Source: an uncultured Candidatus Saccharibacteria bacterium (GTDB lineage Bacteria; Patescibacteriota; Minisyncoccia; Sungbacterales; SURF-37). From it: a stretch of 36,229 nt of DNA. The stretch lies in assembly GCA_964361655.1 (NCBI GenBank), contig CAYIBD010000002.1:1-36229 (forward strand). Reading direction: 5' to 3'. The position numbers and the translations under genes were made by a program. The notes beneath the pieces are model-generated. The model saw only the letters and a list, made by a program, of their open reading frames with translations, was not told the DNA's origin and made no database searches. Position 1 is the first letter of the stretch. Every line of letters begins with the position of its first letter. Shown here in pieces: positions 7,904-15,601 of this stretch.

Positions 7904-9076
7904 ATGAACCGGGTTGGGATCCTCATCTTCGGCGCGCTTGGCCTCCTGCTCCTCGGGGCTGGCGTCATTACCTACCTCACCCTCCGCGCCCCACCGCCGC
8001 CGCCTCCGCCGCCCGCACCCCCGCCTTCAGAGCTCCCCATCATCGGCGACCAGACCCCCACGGCTCCGCCCGGAGCAGGGACGCCGCCAACGCCCATCGC
8101 AGCGCTGCCCGGCGCGGAGCGCCCGTTGATCCAGGCCATTGATAAAGACATTGTCGGCCCAACGCTCGGCCGCGATAAACAATCCCTGTTCTACGCCCTC
8201 CGTGAGAACGGCCACCTCATGCAAGCTGACCTTGAGGGCCGGAATGAAACAACGCTCACGAACCTTACCGTGCCCGAGGTCTTTGACGTGGCCTGGTCGC
8301 CGTTAAAAACGCGGGCGGTGCTGGTGTACCACGAGGCCGGCGTGGTGAAAAAATTCCTCCAGCAGACCGCAACCACCTCGCCCTCGCGCTTCCTGCCTCA
8401 GGCACTGACGTCGCTTGCCTGGTCGCCCGACGGCCGGCAGATGGCCTACCTCCTGCCCCAAGGAGGAAAGTCAGCGCTCGTCATCGCGGACCAAAACGGA
8501 AAGAACGTGCGAACGGTGTATCAAACGCCGATCCCGGATTTCACGGTTCAATGGGTTTCGGCCAACACCATCCTCCTCGTCTCGCGGCCCTCCGGTCTTG
8601 CGCCAAGCTTAGTCCTCCGCTTTGACCTGAAGGCCAGAAGAACCACCACACTCCTTTCTAACATCGCCGGGGCCGTCCTCCTCGGGGCGCCTGACGGCAC
8701 CGGCGTTGTCTACTCGGCTTCAGGCCGAGGCGGCCGGCCAGAGCCGCTCCGGCTCCACACCCTCAAAGGTGCCACGACCGCTACCCTGCCGGTTACCACC
8801 GTCGCGGAGAAATGCGCGTTTTCCCCTGACTCGAAGCGCCTCTATTGCGGCGTGCCCAGAGCCACGATCCGGGCCGTGACGCCCGATGAGTGGTATCGGG
8901 GCGCGCTCTCATTCGTAGACGCCATCGTGAAAATTGATCTGGCCTCGGGCCGCGCCGAAATTATTGGCCGCGGCATTCCGGCGCTCGACGTTATCTCGCC
9001 CTTCCTCTCGGCTGATGAGAAGTTCTTCTTCTTCCAGGACAAAAAGACCGGGACAGTGTGGCGCGTTCAACTCTAG
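7904..9076 (+). CDS. Membrane-anchored TolB-like (PD40/WD40-like) beta-propeller protein with a polyproline spacer
   Basis: There is an N-terminal TM helix (ILIFGALGLLLLGAGVITYL) followed by PPPPPPPPAPPP. PD40-like repeats follow (WSPLKTRAVLVY, WSPDGRQMAYL, FSPDSKRLYCG). It is the last gene of the operon. Confidence 0.6.
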   Translation: MNRVGILIFGALGLLLLGAGVITYLTLRAPPPPPPPPAPPPSELPIIGDQTPTAPPGAGTPPTPIAALPGAERPLIQAIDKDIVGPTLGRDKQSLFYALRENGHLMQADLEGRNETTLTNLTVPEVFDVAWSPLKTRAVLVYHEAGVVKKFLQQTATTSPSRFLPQALTSLAWSPDGRQMAYLLPQGGKSALVIADQNGKNVRTVYQTPIPDFTVQWVSANTILLVSRPSGLAPSLVLRFDLKARRTTTLLSNIAGAVLLGAPDGTGVVYSASGRGGRPEPLRLHTLKGATTATLPVTTVAEKCAFSPDSKRLYCGVPRATIRAVTPDEWYRGALSFVDAIVKIDLASGRAEIIGRGIPALDVISPFLSADEKFFFFQDKKTGTVWRVQL

Positions 9077-9136
9077 GTCTCGCCTCCCGCATCTCACACC
9101 GGCGATACTCTGGCAGACGAACAAGTGAATAAAAAG

Positions 9137-9183
9137 AGCCCCGGAATCCAGAACCTTTTCGTCAGGTTTCTGGACCCGGGGCT
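9137..9183 (-). terminator. Intrinsic terminator between convergent operons
   Basis: The hairpin is AGCCCCGG-AATCCAGAACC / loop TTTTCGTC / AGGTTTCTGGA-CCCGGGGCT. On the minus strand it is followed by CTTTTTATT. There is no T-tract on the plus-strand side, so it mainly serves the 11858->9293 operon. Confidence 0.7.
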
Positions 9184-9292
9184 ACTTCACTTCCAAAGAA
9201 CGTATGGATGAGATCGAGTTTGCACGCCGAATCCAGTTACCTGGTGCTTGAGAACTCCTCAAGCCAGAGGTTCTGATTCGGCGGCGTCTCGC

Positions 9293-10588
9293 TCACCCGA
9301 CCTCGACGCGAAACTCCATCCGCACCCACTCCGCGTAGGCGCGGTCGCGGACGAACCGCTCCACGTCGCCGTTGAAGAGGATCACGAGCTCGAGCGGGAC
9401 ACTCGACTCGTTCCTCAACGCCATGGCGTCGCGCCCGCACTTCCACCCAACCGGCTCATGGTAGTGCCCCGGCTGGACGAGTAAGAGCGCAATGGCGTAC
9501 GGCCGGATACCGAGGAGGGGCGCCTTCAGGTTTTTCTCGGGCTCGGCACCGCAGACGCCGATCGGCCGGCCCTCCTTGTCGTAGGCGAGCGCTCCCGAGT
9601 CGTAGTGGACGCGCGCTGTCGCACCCGGCGGAACCATGATGGTGGTGCGGTGTCCGATGGCCTCTTGGTTCTTTCCGTTCGTGCCATCGATGGACACCCC
9701 CCAGGCGCTTGGCCCTATCGGCACTACGCGGGTTGCTCGCATGCGGCGGGCTTCGATCTCACGCTCGCGCTCCGAGGGACGCGGTGGAGCGACATATCGC
9801 GGTGGGGGAGGCGCGGCCTCGGCCCGCGGCATAACCGCAGGCGGCGGTGGCAGCGGTCTCTCTTTCCACACCGCCTCGTCGAGCAAAAGCGCTCCAATGA
9901 TGATGAGCGCCCCCACCCAAGCGAAGGTCAGGAACCTCGTCCGCCTGAAAATCCAGGCGAGCAGCACGGCGACCACAAGCCCGAACGTGGTCAGCCAGAA
10001 GAGCTCGCGGTTGCCGAGTTCAAGCGTGCCGCGCAGCCACTTGCCGACGCTACCGAGGATCCCGGCCTCTTCGCCGTTCTCCTGGAACGCGAGGCACTTC
10101 TCGCGGAACTCGGCGTCGCGTCGAATTTGCGCCGCGAGCTCCTTATGCCTTTGCTCGAAGACCTCGCGCGAGATGCCACGCGCCTGGAGGAGCCGCTCGA
10201 GCTCAGATGCGATGGCATCGGTCTTTCCCGCTTCCGTACGCTCGAAGGTGTCGCAGAGCCGCCGGAGCACGAGGTACTCCGGCAACCCATGGACTCGTCC
10301 CCGCTCTGCACCGACGATGTCGGTCCACACCGTCCGTTGATGCGTGGCCTGGCGGATACGAGGGAACCGTTCGAGCACGCCGTTCCACAGGGTCGGTAGG
10401 CCGATGAAAAGCACCACCCACCCGATAAAGATGACCGTCGCGAACCGCCGGTACGCCGGCAGGAGCTGGACCAACGCGATGGCGCCGCCGAGGGCCAGGA
10501 TCGCGAGCCCGACCCAGACGCTGCCGATTAGCCCGGCGAAACGGAGAAAGAAAACAATCGGAATCGCCCACAACCAATTCCAGTTCAT
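9293..10588 (-). CDS. Multi-pass membrane protein with a cytoplasmic helical region, a Pro-rich linker and a C-terminal beta-rich (lectin/PA-IL-like?) domain; unknown function
   Basis: 431 aa. The ATG at 10588 is preceded by GGAGGAGG and lies 3 nt after the upstream stop. TM helices lie at about aa 1-75 and 196-245. A PLPPPPAVMPRAEAAPPPPRYVAPPRP linker follows, then a ~150-aa beta-rich C-domain ending ...LELVILFNGDVERF..WVRMEFRVEVG. The fold guess is weak. Confidence 0.65.
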   Translation of the reverse strand: MNWNWLWAIPIVFFLRFAGLIGSVWVGLAILALGGAIALVQLLPAYRRFATVIFIGWVVLFIGLPTLWNGVLERFPRIRQATHQRTVWTDIVGAERGRVHGLPEYLVLRRLCDTFERTEAGKTDAIASELERLLQARGISREVFEQRHKELAAQIRRDAEFREKCLAFQENGEEAGILGSVGKWLRGTLELGNRELFWLTTFGLVVAVLLAWIFRRTRFLTFAWVGALIIIGALLLDEAVWKERPLPPPPAVMPRAEAAPPPPRYVAPPRPSEREREIEARRMRATRVVPIGPSAWGVSIDGTNGKNQEAIGHRTTIMVPPGATARVHYDSGALAYDKEGRPIGVCGAEPEKNLKAPLLGIRPYAIALLLVQPGHYHEPVGWKCGRDAMALRNESSVPLELVILFNGDVERFVRDRAYAEWVRMEFRVEVG

Positions 10589-10591
10589 GGC

Positions 10592-11149
10592 CTACCTCCT
10601 CCCTCGATGGGTGATCAGGTTTGCAATTGTGGCGCCCAGGATCTCCCGGAGCGTCACCCAGAACTGTCCAAACAACCCATGGACTATCTCGCCCGCGCCT
10701 GCCGCAGTTCTTCCCGTTGCGGGCGTAGCGGGCGGTGCGCCGCCAGTTGCCGGACTGCCGCGTCGTTCACGGACCCATCGCACTCCTGCTCGCCAGGCGC
10801 GACCGAATTCGTCGAACCGGCTAACGGGAATGTAGATGACGCTCACGACGAACAACACCCCCCATACAGCCCACGACCACCAACGGAGCTGCGCCCAGAG
10901 CGACCCCGCCGCTTCCCAAAACCACCACGGCGGATTGAGCTCGCGGTCAGTGGCGAACCGGCCGCGGAACTCGAGGTTGTTGTAGCGCTGGACTTCCTCC
11001 GCGATAGGGAAGAAATCCGTGGCCGGCCCAAACCCGAAGAAGGTCAGGTTTAACAGGAGGAGGGCCAGGACGAACACCCAGAGCGCCTTGAGACGGAAGT
11101 TGTTGTCGTTCCCGAGACGGTATCCGAAACGCCACAGAAAGTCAGCCAT
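10592..11149 (-). CDS. Trp-rich two-TM membrane protein, unknown function
   Basis: I moved the start from the listed 11191 to the ATG at 11149 (MADFLWRF...). This ATG sits 1 nt after the upstream TAG (11151..11153) and 5 nt after GGAGGAG. The C-terminal tail is EIVHGLFGQFWVTLREILGATIANLITHRGRR. Confidence 0.6.
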   Translation of the reverse strand: MADFLWRFGYRLGNDNNFRLKALWVFVLALLLLNLTFFGFGPATDFFPIAEEVQRYNNLEFRGRFATDRELNPPWWFWEAAGSLWAQLRWWSWAVWGVLFVVSVIYIPVSRFDEFGRAWRAGVRWVRERRGSPATGGAPPATPATGRTAAGAGEIVHGLFGQFWVTLREILGATIANLITHRGRR

Positions 11150-11150
11150 G

Positions 11151-11858
11151 CTATCTCCTCCGATCTCCCACCCCTTGCATGATGCTAGCAAGGAGCGTCC
11201 GGAACAGGCCGTGAACCGCAGGGGGCCTTACAGGAACCGTTGCCGCCGGACGTCTGAACTTCGAGGGGCCCTGGAGATTCTTAATTTCCTGTTCGAACCC
11301 GGGAACCTGAATCGTCACGTCAGCCTCGGGCTCGGTGAAAACGAGAGGCAACGACACGAAGCCGCTGGCATCCGTCACCTTATCAGTGACGTCCGCGCCC
11401 GGGCGACCAAGCCGCGAGACAAGGAACCGGACCGGAATGCCGCCTGCGGGTCTGCCCGCCCTGCGGGCGAGTGACCCGGAGATGGTGAACTCCCCCTCAT
11501 CGCCGCCGGCGTGGAAATTTGGCTGCAGAAGTTCCAGAATCGCCCGCTCAAAGGTATGGCGGTAGGTCACAGGGAGCCCACCGAGCTGGACCGAGATCAC
11601 GTGCGTCCCGAAGCCGAGACCAGCGTACGTGTAGGATACGCGGCCGTGGTCATCAGTCGGGTGCGCATGCATCTCGTCCGCCCCCAGCCAAAAGGTGATC
11701 GTCTCGCCGCGGATGGGATCCTGCGGCCGTCCCCGCTCGTCCTGCGTCAGAATCGCGGTGGCTAGGATGCTGCCACCGGTTTCGCTCGGCTGCGGGGTCG
11801 GCTCAAACGTGAGCCGCACGCGGCCAAGCCCAGCAATGATGGCGCTCGCTTGTGGCAT
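11151..11858 (-). CDS. Protein with two Ig-like (Big_1/invasin-like) beta-sandwich repeats, no signal peptide; unknown function
   Basis: 235 aa with AGGAGGAAACCACC-ATG at 11858. Two segments follow the usual bacterial Ig-like pattern: ATAILTQDERGRPQDPIRGETITFWLG...TDDHGRVSYTYA and FTISGSLARRAGRPAGGIPVRFLVS...TDASGFVSLPLVF. The C-terminal tail is AVHGLFRTLLASIMQGVGDRRR. Confidence 0.6.
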   Translation of the reverse strand: MPQASAIIAGLGRVRLTFEPTPQPSETGGSILATAILTQDERGRPQDPIRGETITFWLGADEMHAHPTDDHGRVSYTYAGLGFGTHVISVQLGGLPVTYRHTFERAILELLQPNFHAGGDEGEFTISGSLARRAGRPAGGIPVRFLVSRLGRPGADVTDKVTDASGFVSLPLVFTEPEADVTIQVPGFEQEIKNLQGPSKFRRPAATVPVRPPAVHGLFRTLLASIMQGVGDRRR

Positions 11859-11957
11859 GGTGGTTTCCTCCTGCGCCTGCCGGCGCGGTGAATGGGTTGG
11901 TGGGCGATGGATTTTGCTGTCAATGTCAAACGGCTTGCCGCGTAATTTCCTGGAATA

Positions 11958-11986
11958 ATCCTATAACTTTTCAATAAAAAAGTCAA
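11958..11986 (-). promoter_or_regulatory. Candidate sigma70-type promoter of the 11858->9293 operon
   Basis: The minus strand reads TTGACT (11986..11981), a 17-nt spacer, then TAGGAT (11963..11958). It lies in an AT-rich patch about 100 nt upstream of the ATG. Confidence 0.35.
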
Positions 11987-12011
11987 GGTTTTGGGGCGCT
12001 CCGGTGGCCGC

Positions 12012-12037
12012 AAATCAAAAACGGCCCATTTCCTGGG
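12012..12037 (-). terminator. Weak intrinsic terminator after jag
   Basis: The minus strand reads GCCCA-GGAAA-TGGGC followed by CGTTTTTGATTT. The stem is only 5 bp. Confidence 0.3.
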
Positions 12038-12073
12038 CGTTCCGCTGCCACGTCACGCTTGCCGCTTTTGACC

Positions 12074-12541
12074 TTACGGGTAGGGCTTGATGACCACTCT
12101 CCGCGACTCGCCCTCACCCACGGACTGGGTGATGATATCCGGGTACTCGGCGAGCGCCATATGGATGATGCGGCGCTCAAAGGGCGACATGGGCTTCAGG
12201 GCAAGCTCGGTGCGGTAGAGGCGCACCTTCCGGGCGATGTTCTTGGCCTCGGCCTTCAGTTCCTCAATGCGGTGGAGGCGGTAGCCGTTCACGTCTAAAA
12301 AGAAGCCGGTAGCCACCTCCGGACTCGCTTTCTCCAGCAGCCGCCGCAAGAGGTATTCGAGCGCCATGAGGTTCCGGGCGCGCGCGCCGATCAAAAGCCG
12401 CGCCTCGTCGGTGATGATGTTGACGTAGGGGATGGAGAGGTCGGGGATGGTTCGCTCTTCGACATCGGCGCTGACACCCATCTTCTCAAGCGTCGCGTTG
12501 ATGTGCTCGCAGATCACGCTCATGCTTGATGCGTCGCTCAA
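12074..12541 (-). CDS. jag: Jag/KhpB-like RNA-binding protein (KH + R3H domains)
   Basis: The KH-like segment is LLIGARARNLMALEYLL. The R3H-like segment is LKPMSPFERRIIHMALAEYPDIITQSVGEGESRRVVIKP. The position downstream of yidC is classical. The start is uncertain: 12541 overlaps yidC by 56 nt, and 12523 is an alternative. Confidence 0.8.
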   Translation of the reverse strand: MSDASSMSVICEHINATLEKMGVSADVEERTIPDLSIPYVNIITDEARLLIGARARNLMALEYLLRRLLEKASPEVATGFFLDVNGYRLHRIEELKAEAKNIARKVRLYRTELALKPMSPFERRIIHMALAEYPDIITQSVGEGESRRVVIKPYP

Positions 12542-13232
12542 TCCAGCGCTGCTCGACTATAGCAAAAATACTGAAGGCCGTCCAGTAGAGCGCCAAGGCC
12601 GATGGCAGCGACCAGGAAATGACCGCGATGAAGAACGGGAAGAAGTACGTCATCTGCAACCGGAGCGCGCGGTTGAATTCAGCTCCCATGCCCGGCTCGG
12701 TCGAGCCGGGCGGGGTCGCGAACTTCCCTTGGAAGAACTGCGCTACACCGGCAGCGAGCGCCAGCACCACGCTCCGGCCGGTGAGATCGAAGAGGCCAAA
12801 AGCCACGGGGTTGAACGCCGCAATGTGTGGCACGAAGGAGTAGAAGAGCGCCGGATCCTGGAGCGTGATGCCCTTCCAGAAGACACGGTAGAGTCCAATC
12901 AAGGCCGGCAGTTGAATTAAGAGGGGCAAGCAGCCCGAAAGCGGGTGCACGCCCTCCTCGCGGTAGAGCGCCATGGTCCGCCGCGCCTGCTCTTCACGAT
13001 TGCCCTTAAACCGTTCCTGAATCTCGCGGAGTTTTGGCTGGACCCGGCCCATGGCCTGCTGCGAACGGATGGCCTGGACCATTGCCGGGTGGAGGAGGAG
13101 ACGCACGAGCGCGGTCATCCCCACAATCGCAAGCCCAAGGTCGGCGAGAGGAAGTGCGACGTATATCAACACCAGGCCGTTCAAGAGCGGCCGGTAGATC
13201 ACTTCGGTAAAGAGCGATGCGAGGAAGCTCAC
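12486..13232 (-). CDS. yidC: Membrane protein insertase YidC (short, Oxa1-like form)
   Basis: Core motifs of the family are present (QPKLREIQERFK, MALYREEGVHPLSGCLPLLIQLP, SALALYWTAFSIFAIVEQ). I trimmed the start to the GTG at 13232, which overlaps the yidD TGA as GTGA. The longer listed ORF (to 13439) would run through yidD. Confidence 0.88.
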   Translation of the reverse strand: MSFLASLFTEVIYRPLLNGLVLIYVALPLADLGLAIVGMTALVRLLLHPAMVQAIRSQQAMGRVQPKLREIQERFKGNREEQARRTMALYREEGVHPLSGCLPLLIQLPALIGLYRVFWKGITLQDPALFYSFVPHIAAFNPVAFGLFDLTGRSVVLALAAGVAQFFQGKFATPPGSTEPGMGAEFNRALRLQMTYFFPFFIAVISWSLPSALALYWTAFSIFAIVEQRWIERRIKHERDLRAHQRDA

Positions 13233-13456
13233 GGTACGGGATCGTAGCCGCCGCGAGCCCAGGGGTGACAGCGGCTGAGGCGCAAAAAGAGGAACATAAA
13301 ACCGCGGGCGAGTCCATATTGACGGATCGCACTCAGTCCATACGCTGAGCAGGTAGGAACGTAGCGGCACCCGCCGGGGAGAAGGGGGAGACGGTGAATG
13401 AGCGGCGACAAGAACAAGCGGTAGGCGTAGAAGAAACAATAGGCCCCGCGCTTCAT
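13229..13456 (-). CDS. yidD: Membrane protein insertion efficiency factor YidD
   Basis: MKRGAYCFFYAYRLFLSPLIHRLPLLPGGCRYVPTCSAYGLSAIRQYGLARGFMFLFLRLSRCHPWARGGYDPVP is the typical YidD pattern (C-R-[FY]-x-P-[TS]-CS-x-Y ... RC-x-P). ATGA overlap with the rnpA stop at 13453..13456. Confidence 0.88.
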   Translation of the reverse strand: MKRGAYCFFYAYRLFLSPLIHRLPLLPGGCRYVPTCSAYGLSAIRQYGLARGFMFLFLRLSRCHPWARGGYDPVP

Positions 13457-13803
13457 GGTTGAAATCGGAGGAGGATTCGTTGCATGGCGTCCGCCCGCTC
13501 CCGGAGGACAGGGCGGGCGAGACGCGCCGTATCCGGTCTCACGAAGACCACGAGGTGATAGTGCCGCCGGAGGGGGAGCGTATGCTCCCGCGCCCACGCT
13601 TCAAGGTGCCGGCGGATGCGGTTACGCTCGCTCGATTTCTTTGAAACAGCGGCCGGCACAGAAAACAGGACCCGCCCGGATTGTCCCGGATGTACCGGTA
13701 TAACCGCGACCCGGCCCAGGGGAGTGTGGTAGCGGCGGCCGTTGCGGATCACCGCGCTAACATCCTGCCGGCTGGCAAAACGCATATGCGTTGGTAGCGC
13801 CAT
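13453..13803 (-). CDS. rnpA: Ribonuclease P protein component
   Basis: 116 aa, basic. It contains the KKSSERNRIRRHLEAW (RNR-motif) region and sits directly downstream of rpmH. Confidence 0.9.
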   Translation of the reverse strand: MALPTHMRFASRQDVSAVIRNGRRYHTPLGRVAVIPVHPGQSGRVLFSVPAAVSKKSSERNRIRRHLEAWAREHTLPLRRHYHLVVFVRPDTARLARPVLRERADAMQRILLRFQP

Positions 13804-13806
13804 GCC

Positions 13807-13944
13807 TTACGACGGGACGATCCGCTGGCGGCCCTTGGCTCTGCGTCGCGCCAAGATCCGGCGGCCACCCGGCGTTCTCCTGCGCCTCCGGAAGCCGTGG
13901 ACGCGTTTTCGCTTTCTCCGTTTTGGTTGGTACGTCCTCTTCAT
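13807..13944 (-). CDS. rpmH: 50S ribosomal protein L34
   Basis: [42 protein letters not shown] is a canonical L34 sequence. I trimmed the start to the ATG at 13944. Confidence 0.95.
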   Translation of the reverse strand: MKRTYQPKRRKRKRVHGFRRRRRTPGGRRILARRRAKGRQRIVPS

Positions 13945-14074
13945 ACCCTGATCCTGCTGCGAACCTTCCCAGTATACCGCGTCGCTCGAGCGCACCCAAG
14001 CGTTGTCGTGGCGCCAGCAATAACACCGTTCTCAGGGTTAGGAAGAAGTTGTTCTAGTTTTGACACTTCCCATC

Positions 14075-14095
14075 TTCTCCACAAGTTGTGAACAA
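14075..14095. promoter_or_regulatory. Inverted pair of DnaA-box-like 9-mers upstream of dnaA
   Basis: TTCTCCACA (14075..14083) has one mismatch to TTATCCACA. TGTGAACAA (14087..14095) is the reverse complement of TTGTTCACA. The two are 3 nt apart. Confidence 0.4.
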
Positions 14096-14203
14096 ATCGG
14101 ATGGTTAAGCCGTCTTTCTCCCCACCGCAGTTACCGCTATAGTGTTAAAGAATACGTGAGGGCCCCGTTCAACCGCTCATCCGCACTACTTTTGATAACG
14201 CGT

Positions 14204-15601
14204 ATGCCGCCGCAGGTTATGGTCAACCACGAGGAGGTCTGGAAAAACGTACTGGCTGAACTTGAGGTCTCCATCTCTCGGGCCAGCTTCATCACGTGGT
14301 TCAAAGAAACAACCATCGCCGATGTTTCCAATGGCGTCGTCACCGTCTCGGTTCCCAATGGCTTTGCCAAGAACTGGCTCCAGGATAAATACCATAAGGT
14401 GATCCTGCGTTCGCTCCGGAGTGCGCTCGATGATATCCGCGAGGTCGGCTACGTCGTGGGGCCGATGCGGCACCTCCCGTCATCCAGCCGCGTAAAGCCG
14501 CGGGCTCCGGTGCGGCCCGTGCTCCTCGAGGTTCCCCAAGAGCGCCTCGATCTCAAAGATTCGGCTGTTGATCCCGAGAGCGGCCTCAACCCCCGCTACC
14601 GCTTCGATAACTTTGTTGTCGGATCATTCAACGAACTCGCCCACGCCGCTGCCGTGGCAGTCACCAAGAATCCCGGCACGACGTATAATCCCCTCTTCAT
14701 CTACGGCGGCGTTGGTCTCGGGAAAACCCACCTCATCCAGGCCATCGGCAATGAGGTCTTGAAAGAGCGCCCGGCCGCCCGGGTCCGCTACCTCCCCTCG
14801 GAGAAGTTTATGGGCGAAATTGTCGATGCCATCAATGATAGGAGTATGAACCAGCTCAAAGAGCGCTACCGGGGCGTGGACCTCTTGGCTATGGATGACA
14901 TCCAGTTCATCGCGCGCACCGAGAAGATGCAGGAAGAGTTCTTCCACGCCTTCAACGCTCTCTATGAACGGAATAAGCAGATTGTCATCTCCTGCGACAA
15001 GCCGCCGGCGGCCATCCCAACCCTTGAATCGCGCCTCCGCTCGAGGTTCGAAGGTGGAATGATCGCCGACATCGGCACGCCGGACCTCGAGACGCGTCTT
15101 GCTATTCTTAAATTAAAACTCAAAGGTAAGAGCGTTGCCATGGACGAGGCAGTGTTGCGGTACGTGGCGGAAAGCATAACCACGAACATCCGCGATCTGG
15201 AAGGGACGCTGAACCGCCTCATTCTTCGGAGCCAAATGAGCGCTCAACCGATTGACGTTGAGGAGGTAAAAAAGATCATGGCCCAGGTGGCGGCCGCACC
15301 TCGCCGCTTCATTTCACCAAAAAAAATCATTCGTATCGTCTCTGAGTTTTACGACGTGACCGAACGGGAAATCATGAACCACAGCCGGAAAAAAGAAATT
15401 GTTAAGCCGCGGCAGATTGCCATGTACCTCCTCCGCGAGGAACTTAAATGCTCGTTCCCATTCATTGGTGAAAAGTTGGGTAAGAAAGACCACACCACCG
15501 CCATCCACGCCTATAAAAAGGTGGTGGGCGCTCTTGCCTCCAATCCGGAGCTGGATAACGAGTTAAAGGCGCTGCGTGAAAAAATTTATTCTCCTGGGTA
15601 A
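14204..15601 (+). CDS. dnaA: Chromosomal replication initiator protein DnaA
   Basis: Walker A is GGVGLGKTHL. It also has LLAMDDIQF, the sensor region and a C-terminal DnaA-box-binding helix (HTTAIHAYKKV). The start is ambiguous. The ATG at 14204 gives MPPQVMVNHEEVW. The ATG at 14219 gives MVNHEEVWKNVL, which places the conserved Trp where B. subtilis DnaA has it. The listed TTG at 14060 is an unlikely extension. Confidence 0.96.
   Translation: MPPQVMVNHEEVWKNVLAELEVSISRASFITWFKETTIADVSNGVVTVSVPNGFAKNWLQDKYHKVILRSLRSALDDIREVGYVVGPMRHLPSSSRVKPRAPVRPVLLEVPQERLDLKDSAVDPESGLNPRYRFDNFVVGSFNELAHAAAVAVTKNPGTTYNPLFIYGGVGLGKTHLIQAIGNEVLKERPAARVRYLPSEKFMGEIVDAINDRSMNQLKERYRGVDLLAMDDIQFIARTEKMQEEFFHAFNALYERNKQIVISCDKPPAAIPTLESRLRSRFEGGMIADIGTPDLETRLAILKLKLKGKSVAMDEAVLRYVAESITTNIRDLEGTLNRLILRSQMSAQPIDVEEVKKIMAQVAAAPRRFISPKKIIRIVSEFYDVTEREIMNHSRKKEIVKPRQIAMYLLREELKCSFPFIGEKLGKKDHTTAIHAYKKVVGALASNPELDNELKALREKIYSPG

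Noticed and set aside
14060-14203. 5' extensions of listed ORFs (dnaA from TTG 14060, tyrS from 19441, holA from 31336, rpmH from 13995, yidC from 13439, ruvC from 21458, the lipoprotein from 27358, the Zn-finger ORF from 33519 and the membrane protein from 35526)
   Set aside because: The extensions overlap neighbouring genes or add non-homologous residues ahead of canonical N-termini. Internal ATG or GTG starts give ATGA/GTGA coupling or follow good SD sequences.
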